From positions 3,904,001 through 3,968,000 of the forward strand of contig AP038806.1 of assembly GCA_047150005.1 (NCBI GenBank): a stretch of 64,000 bases of DNA, given 5' to 3'. Positions 33,591 through 45,581 of the stretch are shown here, piece by piece (within the stretch, counting starts at the first letter, position 1; every line of letters begins with the position of its first letter). Origin of the DNA: Nitrospira sp. (GTDB taxonomy: Bacteria > Nitrospirota > Nitrospiria > Nitrospirales > Nitrospiraceae). The notes under the pieces are model-generated. The model was not told the origin of the DNA. It made no database searches and saw nothing but the letters and a program-made list of their open reading frames with translations. The translations under genes and the position numbers were made by a program.

Positions 33591-33780
33591 GGCCACCGGT
33601 TGGTGATGATGGAGCCAATGAAGAGAATACCATAAAGATCGTATCGCGATCGTCTGCATCCGTCGGCGCGGCACCGGAGTGTGCATAGGCCCTGAGCTTC
33701 GCGTGCATTTGAATGCGGTGACGCAAAATTCCTCCTGTGTTTCATTGATCCGCTCTTCCACGGAATGCTAAGGTGACGCC

Positions 33781-36700
33781 ATGTCCTCACCATCGCGGAC
33801 TCCCAATCGGTTGATCCACGAAACCAGCCCCTATCTGCTCCAGCATGCCCACAATCCCGTGGACTGGTTCCCGTGGGGACCGGAGGCGCTTGAACTCTCG
33901 AGGAAACAGAACCGTCCGATTCTCTTGTCGATCGGCTATTCCGCCTGCCATTGGTGCCACGTCATGGAGCGGGAATCGTTCGAGAACGAATCGATCGCCG
34001 CGCTGATGAACCGGCACTTCGTGTGCGTGAAGGTGGATCGGGAGGAACGTCCCGACCTCGATGAGATCTACATGCAGGCCACCGTAGGGCTCAATCGAGG
34101 CCAGGGGGGCTGGCCGATGACGGTGTTTCTAACCCCTGAACAGGAGCCGTTTTTTGCGGGAACCTATTTCCCCCCGAATGATCGGTGGGGACGCCCAGGA
34201 TTCCCGACTCTACTGAAGAAGATCGCCGAGGCCTGGGAACAGGACCAAGGTGACCTTCGCAAACAAGCGCGGGAACTGACCGATCGCTTGAGGCAAGAAG
34301 CGCAAACCACGTTTCCCATGACCGTCAGCGATGCGGCGGTGACCGAGGCGGTGCGCGAGTTCAGCAACGAATTCGATCCCCGTTTCGGCGGATTCGGTTC
34401 AGCCCCTAAGTTCCCCCCGTCCGCCGGACTATCCTTGTTGCTCCGCTGGCACAGGCGCTCCGGCGATCCGAAAGCGCTTCAGATGGTCACGAAGACGCTG
34501 GACGCCATGGCGGCCGGCGGCATCTACGACCACATCGGAGGAGGGTTCGCGCGTTATTCCACGGACGAACGGTGGCTTGTTCCCCACTTCGAGAAGATGC
34601 TCTATGACAATGCGCTCCTCACCCGATCGTATCTGGAGGCCTTTCAGGTCACCGGACAGTCCACCTATCGTACGATTGTCGATGAGGTGCTCGATTACGT
34701 GCTGCGCGAGATGACCGACAAGGCCGGAGGCTTCTATTCGTCCACCGACGCGGATTCGGAAGGAGTCGAAGGCAAGTTTTTCGTATGGACACCGACGCAA
34801 GTTCAGGCGACCCTGCAGAACGAGGAAGACGCAAAACGATTCTGCGCGTGCTACGACATCACAGAAGACGGCAACTGGGAGCATCAGAGCATTCCAAATC
34901 GGTTGCGGCCGATCGAGGAGGTGGCACGGGATCTCCGGGTCTCCACCGGGGTTCTCCAGGACACCATCGACCGGTGTCGTCCCCTCCTGTATCGAGCCAG
35001 GGCGCAACGGCAGCCTCCCGGACTTGACGACAAGGTGATCACCGCATGGAACGGGATGATGATCGGCACCCTTGCGGAATCGGGCCGCGTGCTGGATGTT
35101 CCCCGATACATCGAAGGAGCCCGCCGGGCCGCCGATTTCTTGCTGGCCCCTCACCGGACAACGGCAGGCCGTCTCCTGCGAACGTCACGCAATGGGCACG
35201 CACATCTCGACGGCGTCCTCGAGGATTACGCCTTTCTGGCGGAGGGCCTCATCGATTTGTTCGAAGCGTGCGGTATGGACCGCTACCTATCGGCAGCGCG
35301 GTCCCTCGGCGAACAGATCCTGACGTCGTTTCAAGACGACGTACGTGGTGGATTTTTCACGAGTTCACGAGAGCACGAAGCGCTGATCATGCGGAGTCGG
35401 GAAGGGCCGGACGGCGCCACACCCAGCGGAAACGCCGTCGCGGCCTTCGCGCTCGCGAGACTCGCGCATCATTGCGACCGACAGGACTTTCGCGAGGCGG
35501 CCGTCAGCGCCATTCGCGCGTACGGAAAGCAGATCACCCGCTATCCCAGGGCCTTCGCCAAGAGTCTGGCCGTCGTCGACTTCCTGACGGAAGGTCCTCT
35601 TGAAATTGCGCTGGTGGGTCGAAAGGACGACCCAAAATTGCAGAGCTTTACGGACGCGCTGCGCTCGATCTACCTGCCCAATCGGATTCTTGCCGTGACG
35701 CAACAGGAGGACGGAAGATCGGCTCATCCGCTCTTGTCCGGTAAGACCGCGGTCAACGGAAACGCCGCGCTCTACCTGTGCCGGAATTATACCTGCCGAC
35801 GTCCTATCACGGATCCTCGCGAAGCAGCCGATGCCGTCCGAGCGGCTCAGCAAGCTTCGCCGGAAGTCACCGGAGCCCGGCTTCTCAAAGGACCGCTTCT
35901 CAGCGGCTGCGCGACGGCAGAAGGAACAGCCAGATATGCGGCGCGGCAGGTCAATCGTCCGAGTGCATCCGGTGGGCTTGAGAACGGCTATGTCCCGTTC
36001 GGCGCCACCGGTCTGACCATCTCCAAACTCGGATTCGGCACGTACCGTATCGACGCGAGCGATCCGGAATTCGGCCGCGCCCTCGAAGTGGCGCTGCAGG
36101 ACGGGGTGAACCTGATCGATACGTCGACCAACTATATGGACGGCGACAGCGAGCGCGTCATCGGTTTTGTACTGCGACGACTGAGCGCAGAACAGGCCCT
36201 GGCCCGTACCGAACTCATCGTGGTCTCAAAGATCGGATACGTCCAGGGTCAGACCTTGGCCCAGGCGACGGCCCGTGAGGGGTCCGGAACACCCTATCCG
36301 GACATGGTCAAGTACGGCGAGGGGATCTGGCACTGTATCCATCCTGAGTTTCTGGCCGACCAACTCACGGTCTCCCTCGATCGGCTGGGTTTGCAAGTCT
36401 TGGATGTCTGCCTGTTGCACAACCCTGAATACTTCCTGTCCGATGCGGCACGCCATGACGGCGCGAACCTGGAAGATATCCGCGACCGATTTTATCAGCG
36501 GGTCCAGCAGGCGTTTGCATTTTTCGAATCACAAGTGGCGATCGGTCGAATCCGTTGGTATGGCATTTCTTCCAATACCGTCGCAGCCGACGCAGGCGCC
36601 GTGGATACAACGTCGCTCTCACGCTTTCTGGCTGCGGCAGAGGCGGCGGCGGCTTCACAGGGACAATCACGGCATCACTTCGCGGTGCTGCAATGTCCCA

Positions 36701-37458
36701 TGAATCTGTTTGAACCAGGCCCGCTACGGACCAGAAACACCGGAAGAGACCAACAAGAAACGGTGCTGAGCGTGGCCCAGCAGCACCGGCTGGCGGTGTT
36801 GGCGAACCGCCCGTTGAATGCCATGACCGATCTGAAAGGCGGGATGCTGCGGCTCGCAGACCTTCCGCTTGAAGGCCACCCCGTCGATCTGGAGACCCAA
36901 GCGAACACCGTAGGCCGATTGGAGCAGGAGTACCGCGACACCCTGGCTCCCTCGATCTCTAGTCCGCAAGAGGGCATGTCGCCGGCCGACTTTTTTAATT
37001 GGGCCGCCGAGCTGAAACCTTTGGGCGCGCGCCTTCAAGGGCTCGAGCATTGGGAACAGATCGAGCACCAAGTGATCGCACCTCAGGTGAACCAGGTCAT
37101 GCAGGCGGTCCCGCGTCTGATAGCTCGAGAGGCGACCGGCCGATGGGAGGAGTGGCGGGAACGCTACGTGCCTGAACTCTTGACTCTGCTTCGTGGTCTG
37201 CGGCGTCATGCGACGGAGAAAAGCCGCCAACGAAGGCTGGCTGTCACAACCGCCCTCGATCCCCTTCTCCCGCACGACCGACGGAGCGAGTCGCTGTCCC
37301 GCAAGGCCCTCTGGGTCGTCAGCAGCACGCCCGGCGTGACATGCGTGCTGAACGGCATGCGATCGAAGGCTTATGTAGAAGACTCTCTCAAGGTACTTCG
37401 GTGGGCCAACCTGGGGCAGGTGCATCCGATCTACGACCGAGTCCAGCCGGCACGATGA
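33781..37458 (+). CDS. YyaL/SSP411 thioredoxin-domain protein fused to a C-terminal aldo/keto reductase-like domain
   Basis: [50 protein letters not shown]; then [39 protein letters not shown] in one frame. Confidence 0.9.
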   Translation: MSSPSRTPNRLIHETSPYLLQHAHNPVDWFPWGPEALELSRKQNRPILLSIGYSACHWCHVMERESFENESIAALMNRHFVCVKVDREERPDLDEIYMQATVGLNRGQGGWPMTVFLTPEQEPFFAGTYFPPNDRWGRPGFPTLLKKIAEAWEQDQGDLRKQARELTDRLRQEAQTTFPMTVSDAAVTEAVREFSNEFDPRFGGFGSAPKFPPSAGLSLLLRWHRRSGDPKALQMVTKTLDAMAAGGIYDHIGGGFARYSTDERWLVPHFEKMLYDNALLTRSYLEAFQVTGQSTYRTIVDEVLDYVLREMTDKAGGFYSSTDADSEGVEGKFFVWTPTQVQATLQNEEDAKRFCACYDITEDGNWEHQSIPNRLRPIEEVARDLRVSTGVLQDTIDRCRPLLYRARAQRQPPGLDDKVITAWNGMMIGTLAESGRVLDVPRYIEGARRAADFLLAPHRTTAGRLLRTSRNGHAHLDGVLEDYAFLAEGLIDLFEACGMDRYLSAARSLGEQILTSFQDDVRGGFFTSSREHEALIMRSREGPDGATPSGNAVAAFALARLAHHCDRQDFREAAVSAIRAYGKQITRYPRAFAKSLAVVDFLTEGPLEIALVGRKDDPKLQSFTDALRSIYLPNRILAVTQQEDGRSAHPLLSGKTAVNGNAALYLCRNYTCRRPITDPREAADAVRAAQQASPEVTGARLLKGPLLSGCATAEGTARYAARQVNRPSASGGLENGYVPFGATGLTISKLGFGTYRIDASDPEFGRALEVALQDGVNLIDTSTNYMDGDSERVIGFVLRRLSAEQALARTELIVVSKIGYVQGQTLAQATAREGSGTPYPDMVKYGEGIWHCIHPEFLADQLTVSLDRLGLQVLDVCLLHNPEYFLSDAARHDGANLEDIRDRFYQRVQQAFAFFESQVAIGRIRWYGISSNTVAADAGAVDTTSLSRFLAAAEAAAASQGQSRHHFAVLQCPMNLFEPGPLRTRNTGRDQQETVLSVAQQHRLAVLANRPLNAMTDLKGGMLRLADLPLEGHPVDLETQANTVGRLEQEYRDTLAPSISSPQEGMSPADFFNWAAELKPLGARLQGLEHWEQIEHQVIAPQVNQVMQAVPRLIAREATGRWEEWRERYVPELLTLLRGLRRHATEKSRQRRLAVTTALDPLLPHDRRSESLSRKALWVVSSTPGVTCVLNGMRSKAYVEDSLKVLRWANLGQVHPIYDRVQPAR

Positions 37459-37581
37459 CAGTCTCGCTGCCTCCGTTACCTGCCGAAGAATGAGGAATTA
37501 CTCCTCACTCGCCGTCCCTCGACAGCTGTTCGATACGGCGGATTGTCTCGGGTGATGAGTCACATCGCTTGATGATTGTCT

Positions 37582-37610
37582 GAACCGGCGAAGGAGTTCA
37601 CGGCCGGTTC
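37582..37610. terminator. Hairpin between convergent genes
   Basis: GAACCGGC...GCCGGTTC inverted repeat, no strong U-tract; second hairpin TGAGGA-attac-TCCTCA at 37491-37507. Confidence 0.35.
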
Positions 37611-37635
37611 GGCGGCATATGCGAATGGAAGCAGT

Positions 37636-38151
37636 TTACCGAGTATGTCGCAGAAGACCTTCCCAAACCTGTAAAGCCTGTTTCGCCAAAGGGTTTCCGA
37701 CGCGAGTCCGATCGTTCAGGTTCACCGGTCTCCTGATACTCAACGCTTCAATCCGCTCGGCAACGTCTCTGAACCGTGGGTCTTCACGCCGAAGCCAGCG
37801 GTAGGCTTCGAGAGCCTCGTCAGTCCGACCGAGCGATTCCAATGTCCTCCCGAGGACGTACAGCAGTTGCACGGTCTCTCTGATTGAGGCAATCGGCGAC
37901 TTCAACGCGTGACGAAACGCGCCGACTGCTTGTTCGTATTGTCGGATCGACTTATGGCACAGTCCGATCTGCGCATACGCTTTCAGCGCATACCGAGAAT
38001 CGCCGGTTGCTTTTTCAAGCTGATCAATGGCTTGTTTGAAGAGACCGGCCTTTTTGAGCGCCACCCCGCGCTCATACCATTCTCCTGCTTCGACGGTCGA
38101 TTCCCCCGAGCTTCCGGCCATTGTACCTTCCGGCAGTGGTGATTCAAGCAT
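37636..38151 (-). CDS. Tetratricopeptide-repeat protein
   Basis: YERGVALKKAG.F..A, YAQIGLC, YVLGRTLESLG, DPRFRDV. Confidence 0.82.
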   Translation of the reverse strand: MLESPLPEGTMAGSSGESTVEAGEWYERGVALKKAGLFKQAIDQLEKATGDSRYALKAYAQIGLCHKSIRQYEQAVGAFRHALKSPIASIRETVQLLYVLGRTLESLGRTDEALEAYRWLRREDPRFRDVAERIEALSIRRPVNLNDRTRVGNPLAKQALQVWEGLLRHTR

Positions 38152-38325
38152 GAGACATAGACTCCGTAGCTGGGATCTGTGTTCGCACTAAGACGGATAC
38201 TGCTCAGCAAGAGTTAGACCAAGCTATGCGATGAGGAAGCCGCGGAGCGTCAAGGAGTTAGGCGATAATTCGGTCGGTGGAATCGCACGACTGAAGGGCA
38301 AATCGTACAAAATTAGCTGGAAGCG

Positions 38326-39297
38326 CTAAAACCGAACCTCTCGTAGTGCGTGACGATTGTCTAAGAACCACCTGATCGTCTTGCGGAGCCCGTCGCGAAG
38401 CTGATGTCTCGCCTGGAACCCAAAGAGCTGTTTCGCCCGATTCACATCAAGACATCGTCGCGGTTGCCCATTGGGCTTGGTCGTATCCCATTCGATGCGT
38501 CCCCTAAATCCGACCTCATCGGCAATCAACGCGGCGAGATTGCGAATCGTCACTTCTTCTCCCGTTCCCAAGTTGACCGGTAAATCTCCATCGTATAGCT
38601 CCGCAGCCGATAAGATGCCTTCCGAGGCATCTTCCACATACAAGAACTCCCTACTGGGAGAACCGTCTCCCCACAATGTAAGGGAGTGGCTCCCGGCCTC
38701 CATGGCCTGCGTACACTTGCGAATAAGAGCGGGGATGACGTGGGAGGTTTCAAGATCAAAATTGTCCCGCGGACCGTACAGATTGACAGGAAACAGTACG
38801 ATCGAATTGAACCCATACTGTTGTCGATAGGCCTGCGACTGCACAAGCATCATCTTCTTGGCCAGACCATAAGGAGCGTTCGTCTCCTCGGGATATCCGT
38901 TCCACATGTCGTCTTCCTTGAACGGAATCGGCGCAAACTTCGGGTACGCGCAAATCGTCCCAAGGGCGACGAACTTCCTGATTCCTCGTAGACGTCCGAC
39001 CTCGATGAGTTGGGTCCCCATCATCAGGTTGTCGTAGAAAAATCGCCCTGGGTTGGCTTGATTCGCACCGATGCCGCCGACCCGTGCCGCCAGATGAATC
39101 ACCACATCCGGTCTGGCATCGGCATACAGCTGCTGCACCGCCGCCATCTGAACGAGATCGTATTGTCGGCTGCGCGGGACGATCACCTGCGAGCACCCTC
39201 GCGCCTGCAGGTGGGCCACGACGAATGACCCGAGAAAACCGGCCCCTCCGGTCACGACCACACGCGTATTCTCCCAGAATGCCGATGAAGCAGTCAT
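38326..39297 (-). CDS. fcl: GDP-L-fucose synthase
   Basis: [50 protein letters not shown]; follows gmd. Confidence 0.94.
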   Translation of the reverse strand: MTASSAFWENTRVVVTGGAGFLGSFVVAHLQARGCSQVIVPRSRQYDLVQMAAVQQLYADARPDVVIHLAARVGGIGANQANPGRFFYDNLMMGTQLIEVGRLRGIRKFVALGTICAYPKFAPIPFKEDDMWNGYPEETNAPYGLAKKMMLVQSQAYRQQYGFNSIVLFPVNLYGPRDNFDLETSHVIPALIRKCTQAMEAGSHSLTLWGDGSPSREFLYVEDASEGILSAAELYDGDLPVNLGTGEEVTIRNLAALIADEVGFRGRIEWDTTKPNGQPRRCLDVNRAKQLFGFQARHQLRDGLRKTIRWFLDNRHALREVRF

Positions 39298-40304
39298 ATG
39301 TTCTTCGGCCTGACGCCCTCCAACCGTTCTTTTTCCGCTGCGAGATCGGCATCGACCATCATTGCCACAAGCTCCTCGAATCGGACCTTTGGCTCCCAAC
39401 CCAATTCCCGCTTCGCCTTACCGGCATCGCCGATGAGCAAATCCACTTCAGTGGGACGGTAGTACTTCTCGTCGATCTTCACGTGCTTCTTCCAATCCAC
39501 GCCAACCCTGTCAAACGCCAGCTCCAGCATTTCCCGCACAGTATGGGTTTCTCCCGTGGCGATCACATAGTCATCAGGGGTCTTGGCCTGCAGCATCATC
39601 CACATGGCCTGGATGTAATCGCCTGCAAAACCCCAATCGCGTTTGGCCTCGAGATTCCCGAGAAACAGGTCCCGTTGAACACCCAGCTTAATGCGCGCAG
39701 CCGCCTTGGTGATCTTCCTGGTCACGAAGGTCTCCCCTCGTCTCGGCGATTCGTGATTGAATAGAATCCCGTTGCAGGCAAACAGGTTATACGCCTCACG
39801 GTAATTGACGGTGATCCAATACGAATAGACTTTGGCCGCTCCGTAGGGACTACGAGGGTAGAAGGGGGTGGTCTCTCGCTGCGGAACTTCCAGAACCTTT
39901 CCAAACATTTCACTCGAGGAGGCCTGGTAGAACTTCGGTCTGAGGCCGGACTCACGGATGGCTTCAAGAAGTCGAATCGTCCCCAATCCCGTGATCTCTC
40001 CCGTATATTCCGGGATGTCGAAACTGACCCGCACGTGACTCTGCGCTCCCAGGTTGTAGATCTCGTCCGGTTGCACCGTCCTCAATATGTGATTCAACGA
40101 GCTGGCGTCGTTCAGGTCACCGTACACAAGATGGAGCCGTCGGTGCGGGACATGAGGATCCTCATAAATCGCCTCGATGCGGCCCGTGTTGAAGGAGCTG
40201 GAGCGGCGGATGATGCCGTAGACTTCGTATCCTTTCGCGAGCAAGAACTCCGAGAGATACGATCCGTCCTGGCCGGTGATACCGGTAATGAGCGCTTTTT
40301 TCAC
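39294..40304 (-). CDS. gmd: GDP-mannose 4,6-dehydratase
   Basis: [50 protein letters not shown]. Confidence 0.97.
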   Translation of the reverse strand: MKKALITGITGQDGSYLSEFLLAKGYEVYGIIRRSSSFNTGRIEAIYEDPHVPHRRLHLVYGDLNDASSLNHILRTVQPDEIYNLGAQSHVRVSFDIPEYTGEITGLGTIRLLEAIRESGLRPKFYQASSSEMFGKVLEVPQRETTPFYPRSPYGAAKVYSYWITVNYREAYNLFACNGILFNHESPRRGETFVTRKITKAAARIKLGVQRDLFLGNLEAKRDWGFAGDYIQAMWMMLQAKTPDDYVIATGETHTVREMLELAFDRVGVDWKKHVKIDEKYYRPTEVDLLIGDAGKAKRELGWEPKVRFEELVAMMVDADLAAEKERLEGVRPKNI

Positions 40305-40436
40305 GAGTGGACTCCTGGGTTATGCGGAATTATTGATCGAATGACTCCCTAAGTCCACAGATAGAAAGCTTGTCACGAAGATGACGAACAGCGATTGAGC
40401 CTCTCGTTCGTCCTGATGGCGGCCACGCGCCGGACG

Positions 40437-41213
40437 TCAGACAGACTCGCCGACTTCCAGGGAACTATCTTTCGCGGTTTCAGTCGCGGGCTTGCTGTCC
40501 GTCGTCGGCTCTACCTCCCAATAGAGCATCCGATGACAGTAGGGGCAGGTATGGAGGTCTTGCGAACGTTTGACTTCCGCCACCAACTGGGGAGGAATTT
40601 GGAGGCGACATCCCGTACACATGCCGCCCTTGATGGCGGCGAGAGCCTGATCCTTTCTGGCAGATTTCAGCTTGGTATAACGATCGAGAAGCCCGCGTTC
40701 GACATGGGTCGCCCGTTCACGTTGCTGAGCTTCGAGTTCGGCAAGCTCACCTGAAAGCCGTCCCTCGAGTTCATCAAGCACGCGCTTTTCCTCCGCGAAT
40801 GTACGTTCCACCGCCTGAACCCGTTCCTGCGCCTCCTTCATCGTCCGTTGCAGTTGCTCGACCTTTTCCATGCACGCCAGCACCTTGTCCTCGATCTCGG
40901 ACTTCTTCTTGTTGGCCATTTGAAGCTCGAATAGGTGCGCCTGGTACTCCTTATTGGTCTTGATCTCCGAGAGCCGTGCACGCATCTTGTCATTGTGCGC
41001 GTCCTGAGCTTCCACATCCTGTTCGTATCCTCGACGCTCCTTGACCGCGGACTCCATCGAGACCGTTGTCTCTTGGAGCACCTGACGAGCGTCGCGCAAC
41101 GGTGTTTCGAGCTGATGCAATCGATCGGGGATTTTTCGGCGTTGTTCGCTGATCTCCATAATACGGAGATCCAGCTTCTGCAATTCGATCAGGGGGGAAA
41201 GACGCTGGTTCAA
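40437..41213 (-). CDS. Coiled-coil protein with C4-type zinc ribbon (DUF164-like)
   Basis: LIELQKLD, TNKEYQA, CTGC...CPYCHRML; start placed at TTG 41213. Confidence 0.88.
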   Translation of the reverse strand: MNQRLSPLIELQKLDLRIMEISEQRRKIPDRLHQLETPLRDARQVLQETTVSMESAVKERRGYEQDVEAQDAHNDKMRARLSEIKTNKEYQAHLFELQMANKKKSEIEDKVLACMEKVEQLQRTMKEAQERVQAVERTFAEEKRVLDELEGRLSGELAELEAQQRERATHVERGLLDRYTKLKSARKDQALAAIKGGMCTGCRLQIPPQLVAEVKRSQDLHTCPYCHRMLYWEVEPTTDSKPATETAKDSSLEVGESV

Positions 41214-41274
41214 TGCTCTCCTATTTCTATGCCTGTCACCGGAATGGAGCCCCTCCACCGGCCGGTAGTCCTCT

Positions 41275-41351
41275 TGGTGGGCCCACTAGGACTTGAACCT
41301 AGGACCAGCTGATTATGAGTCAGCCGCTCTAACCACCTGAGCTATGGGCCC
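41275..41351 (-). tRNA. tRNA with CAT anticodon, most likely tRNA-Ile2 (lysidine-modified)
   Basis: GGGCCCATAGCTCAGGTGGTTAGAGCGGCTGACTCATAATCAGCTGGTCCTAGGTTCAAGTCCTAGTGGGCCCACCA: full cloverleaf with encoded CCA; paired G1-C72; C4-G69/C5-G68; downstream of rpoD like E. coli ileX. Confidence 0.93.
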
Positions 41352-41369
41352 ATCAGGACAGTTTGGCTC

Positions 41370-41421
41370 AGGTTAAGGTCGAAATGTTAGCCAGCTCAGC
41401 CTTGACCTTAACCTCGACCTT
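41370..41421. repeat. Degenerate hexamer tandem repeats forming an inverted repeat in the tRNA leader
   Basis: AGGTTAAGGTCGA (41370-41382) and CTCAGC-CTTGAC-CTTAAC-CTCGAC-CTT (41395-41421). Confidence 0.65.
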
Positions 41422-41428
41422 CTGAACG

Positions 41429-41457
41429 ATTCTAGGCCGCAGCCGAGACGGAGTCAA
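41429..41457 (-). promoter_or_regulatory. Sigma70 promoter for the tRNA gene
   Basis: TTGACT-N17-TAGAAT on the minus strand. Confidence 0.7.
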
Positions 41458-41477
41458 ATAATGCCGACGCTCCGTCC

Positions 41478-43286
41478 TTACAGGCTTTCGACAAAGCTCC
41501 GCAACTTCTTGCTCCGGCTCGGATGGCGTAATTTGCGTAAGGCCTTGGCCTCGATCTGGCGAATGCGCTCCCTCGTCACTTCAAAATCCTGACCGACTTC
41601 CTCGAGGGTATGGTCCGTCGCCTCGCCGATTCCGAATCGTTTTCGGAGCACCTTCTCCTCGCGCGGCGTCAACGTTTCCAACGCGCTGTTGATCTGACGC
41701 TGAAGATCGTAGCGGATGGCCGCCTCTAACGGGGAGATCGCTTTCTTGTCCTCGATGAAATCGCCCAGATGACTGTCCTCTTCCTCTCCAATCGGGGTCT
41801 CGAGTGAAATCGGCTCTCGAGCGATCTTCAGGATCTTGCGGACCTTGTCCAACGGCAGATCCATTCGTTCGGCGATTTCTTCCGGCGTCGGTTCTCGCCC
41901 GAGTTTCTGCACCAAGTGACGCGACGTGCGGATCAGTTTATTGATGGTCTCGATCATGTGCACCGGGATCCGGATCGTCCGTGCCTGATCCGCGATCGCC
42001 CGCGTGATGGCCTGCCGGATCCACCATGTGGCGTACGTACTGAACTTATACCCGCGCTTGTACTCAAACTTGTCCACCGCCTTCATCAGACCGATATTGC
42101 CTTCCTGGATCAGATCCAGAAATTGGAGGCCGCGGTTCGTATACTTTTTCGCGATGCTGACGACCAGCCGAAGATTGGCTTCGACCAACTCCGCCTTCCC
42201 GCGTTTGACCTTCTCTTCGGCAACGTCCAGGTGTTTGACGGCGTCCTTGATTTCTTCGCCGGATACGAGCGCCTCCTCGGTTTCGAGTTGGCGTACTTTC
42301 GCGCGTGCCGCCTGGTAGACTTTCTTGATGTCCTGCAGGATCTCGTCGGATACACCGGTCTTGCGTTTGACCGCCAAAAGATCCTTACGTTCCCGGCACA
42401 GCTTCCGCAGCAGTTCACCGCCCGTCTCACCGCCGACACCCAATCGCCGCTGACAGCTGACGATCTCGCGTTCGGCCGTGCGGATCTGAATCGCCATCTC
42501 GCGAACGCGCTGGACCATGCGATCCTTGAGCACGCCATGCAGATTGACGGCTTCCATCTTGTCGACGACCTGCTCACGAATGGCGTCGATCTGCTTCTTG
42601 ATTTTCTTGAGCTTGACGGGCTCCTTGGCCGCCTGCCGCGAGTCTTCATAGAGCCCCTTCAATGACGTCGACACCTTGCGAACCGCGTTCAAGCCGTCCA
42701 ACGTCTTGATCCGCAACTCCTCATAGTCCTTTTCAACTTCTTCTTCCTCAAAATCCTCTTCTGTTTCGACGATCGGCACGATTTCCCGAACATCGATCTT
42801 GCCGGTCTTCAGCTGTTCACGGAGGGAGAGGATGAATTCGATGGTCATGGGCATGCCGTAGATGACAAAGGCGATGTCCCGCTTGCCCTCTTCGATCCGT
42901 TTTGCGATTTCGATCTCCCCTTCGCGACTCAGCAGGGCGACGCTGCCCATCTCTTTTAAATACAGGCGGACCGGATCGTCCGTCCGGCTCAGGGCACCCG
43001 GCGTCAAGTCGATTTCCTTCTCGTTCTCTTCGCCTCCGTCGCTCTCCTCGGCTTCGTCGTTCCCCTCCTCTCGATCGCGGCCTTTGGCCTGGCGTTCGCT
43101 TCCTTCGGGGGCGTCGACGATTTCGATGTCCATTTCTCCAAACATCGTCATGATGCTGCCAAACTGCTCCGACGACACGACCTCAGCGGGCAACGTGCTG
43201 TTCAGCTCGTCATAGGTTAAGAACCCCTTTTCCTTTCCGATGGAAATGAGCTTCTTGACTTCCACGAGCAATTCTTGTTTCGCCAT
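41478..43286 (-). CDS. rpoD: RNA polymerase primary sigma factor
   Basis: Region 1.1 [60 protein letters not shown]. Confidence 0.98.
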   Translation of the reverse strand: MAKQELLVEVKKLISIGKEKGFLTYDELNSTLPAEVVSSEQFGSIMTMFGEMDIEIVDAPEGSERQAKGRDREEGNDEAEESDGGEENEKEIDLTPGALSRTDDPVRLYLKEMGSVALLSREGEIEIAKRIEEGKRDIAFVIYGMPMTIEFILSLREQLKTGKIDVREIVPIVETEEDFEEEEVEKDYEELRIKTLDGLNAVRKVSTSLKGLYEDSRQAAKEPVKLKKIKKQIDAIREQVVDKMEAVNLHGVLKDRMVQRVREMAIQIRTAEREIVSCQRRLGVGGETGGELLRKLCRERKDLLAVKRKTGVSDEILQDIKKVYQAARAKVRQLETEEALVSGEEIKDAVKHLDVAEEKVKRGKAELVEANLRLVVSIAKKYTNRGLQFLDLIQEGNIGLMKAVDKFEYKRGYKFSTYATWWIRQAITRAIADQARTIRIPVHMIETINKLIRTSRHLVQKLGREPTPEEIAERMDLPLDKVRKILKIAREPISLETPIGEEEDSHLGDFIEDKKAISPLEAAIRYDLQRQINSALETLTPREEKVLRKRFGIGEATDHTLEEVGQDFEVTRERIRQIEAKALRKLRHPSRSKKLRSFVESL

Positions 43287-43288
43287 GC

Positions 43289-45094
43289 TTACTCCTTGAC
43301 CAATGACAGGACAGGCGGCTGACCGGCTTTCCTCAACCGCAGTTCATTGACTTGCACATTGAGCGCGCGCGCGTCTTCCGTTCGTCCGTCGCGCTCGGCG
43401 GCCTTGAGCCGCACGATCAGCTCCCGCAAGGCCGCTTCCGCATATTTTCGATCGAGCCGATCAAGACAATCCTGCAAGTGGGCACGCACATCGTCAAAGT
43501 GCTGCTCCAGCATGGATAATTCCGTCGCCAGGGGGCCGCACTCCGGATCCTCGACTACCGTATCCAGCAGATGCCGCAACCCCACTCGGCCGTCCTGACC
43601 GACGTGCGCCAAAGCCCGCTCGACCAATGCTCGACAGGCCGATACCGTAAACGTTTCGGGTCGGAGCCGTCGCACATCGAGGGGGGACAATTGTCCTTGC
43701 AGAAGCAGATACACCACATCGCGCTCTTCAGGCGCTCCCCTCCAGAGCGGTGCGGGACGCGCTTGAGGCTTGCCGCCGGCCGGCCGCCGCTTGTCCTGCG
43801 ACGCCAACGCAGGGTATCGTTCGATCAAGAGCCGCTGATTGATGCCAAGACGCTCGGCCACGATTCTCATGCGCTCTTCGCGTTCGATCGGATGTTCGCT
43901 CTTCTGGAGAATCCGCAACACCTCGTCCACACTCCGGATACGACCTTCCACGGTACCGTCCTGCGCCGACTGCAGACTCTGTTCCAGCGCAAAATCCAGA
44001 AGGCTCGGCGCTTGTTCCTCCAACCGTGCGAACGCCTCCGGACCGTGTGATCTGACGAACGTGTCCGGATCATCCCCCACGGGAAGCGACACGACTTTGA
44101 CGCCGAGCCCGCTGTTGACAAACAGATCAAGCCCTCGCAAGGCGGCACGGACACCGGCCGGATCGGGATCGAAGAGCAGCACGACGCGTGAAGCAAACCG
44201 GCGCAACACGTGAATATGATCGATCGTCAGGGCGGTTCCCAAGGTGGCCACGGTATGAGTCAGCCCAGCCTGATGCAGGGCGATGGCATCAAAGTACCCT
44301 TCGACGACGATGACGGTCTTGGTCCGGGTGATAGCCTCGCGCGCCAGATCCAGGGCAAAAAGCGTGTGCCCCTTCTTGAACAACGGGGTGTCTGGTGAAT
44401 TCAGATATTTTGGAGTGCCCTCGCCAAGGACCCGTCCGCCAAATCCCACGATGCGCTTGCGCAGGTCGAAGATCGTGAACATCACGCGTGCACGGAATCG
44501 GTCGTAAAATCCCGACCCGTTGTCGCGCGCGATGATCAATCCGGCGACCGCAAGTTCGGCTTGTTGAAATCCTTCCTTCGTCAGAGCCCTGAGCAGGCCG
44601 TCCCATTCTCCCGGCGCCATGCCGACCCCAAAATGGTCGATCGTGGGCTGCTCAATCCCTCGCGTACGAAGATACTCACGAGCCTCTGCTCCGGGACGTT
44701 CCTCGCGAAGATTCCGCTGAAACCATTCGGCGGCGCTTCGGTTCAGCAACTCGAGTCGGCCGGTTGGAGCCTGGGACTGGCCCGAATACGCAGTATCCGG
44801 AACGTCGATCCCGACCTTGCGTCCCAGGTCGCGAACGACTTCGGGAAAACTCGCACCTGTAATGCGGGTCAAAAAAGCAAACACGTTGCCTCCGGCGCCG
44901 CAGCCGAAGCAATGAAAAATCTGTTTGGAAGAGCTGACCGTGAACGAGGAAGTCTTTTCTTGATGAAAGGGACACAACCCCTTCAAATTCTGGCCGGTCC
45001 TGACCAAGCTCACGTGCTGCCCGACAATCTCCGTGATGTCGACCCGGTCCCTGATTTGGTTGATGATGTCCTCAGAAATCAGGCCTCGGCCCAC
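43289..45094 (-). CDS. dnaG: DNA primase
   Basis: CPFH...CFGC zinc finger, FGGR, KYLNSP, EGYFD, DPD TOPRIM; start placed at GTG 45094. Confidence 0.96.
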   Translation of the reverse strand: MGRGLISEDIINQIRDRVDITEIVGQHVSLVRTGQNLKGLCPFHQEKTSSFTVSSSKQIFHCFGCGAGGNVFAFLTRITGASFPEVVRDLGRKVGIDVPDTAYSGQSQAPTGRLELLNRSAAEWFQRNLREERPGAEAREYLRTRGIEQPTIDHFGVGMAPGEWDGLLRALTKEGFQQAELAVAGLIIARDNGSGFYDRFRARVMFTIFDLRKRIVGFGGRVLGEGTPKYLNSPDTPLFKKGHTLFALDLAREAITRTKTVIVVEGYFDAIALHQAGLTHTVATLGTALTIDHIHVLRRFASRVVLLFDPDPAGVRAALRGLDLFVNSGLGVKVVSLPVGDDPDTFVRSHGPEAFARLEEQAPSLLDFALEQSLQSAQDGTVEGRIRSVDEVLRILQKSEHPIEREERMRIVAERLGINQRLLIERYPALASQDKRRPAGGKPQARPAPLWRGAPEERDVVYLLLQGQLSPLDVRRLRPETFTVSACRALVERALAHVGQDGRVGLRHLLDTVVEDPECGPLATELSMLEQHFDDVRAHLQDCLDRLDRKYAEAALRELIVRLKAAERDGRTEDARALNVQVNELRLRKAGQPPVLSLVKE

Positions 45095-45170
45095 GGGAGT
45101 CACGGCTCCTGTTTCCCGCCTCAAACCGGCAGGTCGGTTGAACGTAAGTGATCGGAAAAATTGACCGGTC

Positions 45171-45200
45171 ACCCTAACAGACGGGAAGGAAATCTGTCAA
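45171..45200 (-). promoter_or_regulatory. Possible sigma70 promoter for dnaG-rpoD
   Basis: TTGACA-N18-TAGGGT with extended TG. Confidence 0.45.
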
Positions 45201-45236
45201 TGTCACGGGAAGAGGTGAACCTCAGCCTTTCTTCAT

Positions 45237-45581
45237 TTACCCGGGCGGCCAGGTCATGCGCCGGCCCCCCATGACATGAAAATGGAGATGCGCCACCGTC
45301 TGACCGCCGTCTCTGCCGGTATTGGCGACGAGTCGGAACCCGGCCTCGGTCAACCCTTTCAGCCTGGCGACCTGATTACAACTGACCAAGAGCCGTCCGA
45401 GCAAGGCTTCATCCCTCGCGTCCAGAAGGTGAACCGAATCGATATGTCGTTTCGGAATCACCAGCGTATGGACGGGAGCCTGGGGATTGATGTCATCAAA
45501 GGCCAGCGTATGATCGTCCTCGTAGACGACGGCTGCCGGAATCTTCTTGTCGACGACCTTACAAAACAGACAATCACCCAT
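45237..45581 (-). CDS. Histidine triad (HIT) nucleotide-binding protein
   Basis: DCLFCK, DINPQAPVH, GQTVAHLHFH, WPPG. Confidence 0.95.
   Translation of the reverse strand: MGDCLFCKVVDKKIPAAVVYEDDHTLAFDDINPQAPVHTLVIPKRHIDSVHLLDARDEALLGRLLVSCNQVARLKGLTEAGFRLVANTGRDGGQTVAHLHFHVMGGRRMTWPPG

Noticed and set aside
33587..33793. 68-aa minus-strand ORF and the long N-terminal extension of the malic enzyme
   Set aside because: Both fall in a divergent promoter region, have no motifs, and the ACT domain starts at MNDIGPY (33590)
38270..38325. GGGCAAA resembling the start of a c-di-GMP-I riboswitch
   Set aside because: The GAAA-loop stem and GACGCAAAGC elements are absent, and it does not lie upstream of a plus-strand gene
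41275..41351. Calling the tRNA initiator or elongator Met, or an integration site
   Set aside because: Paired 1-72 and no GGG/CCC anticodon stem argue against the initiator; the acceptor stem and context fit Ile2 better (elongator Met is not strictly excluded). No integrase or duplicated 3' end is seen.
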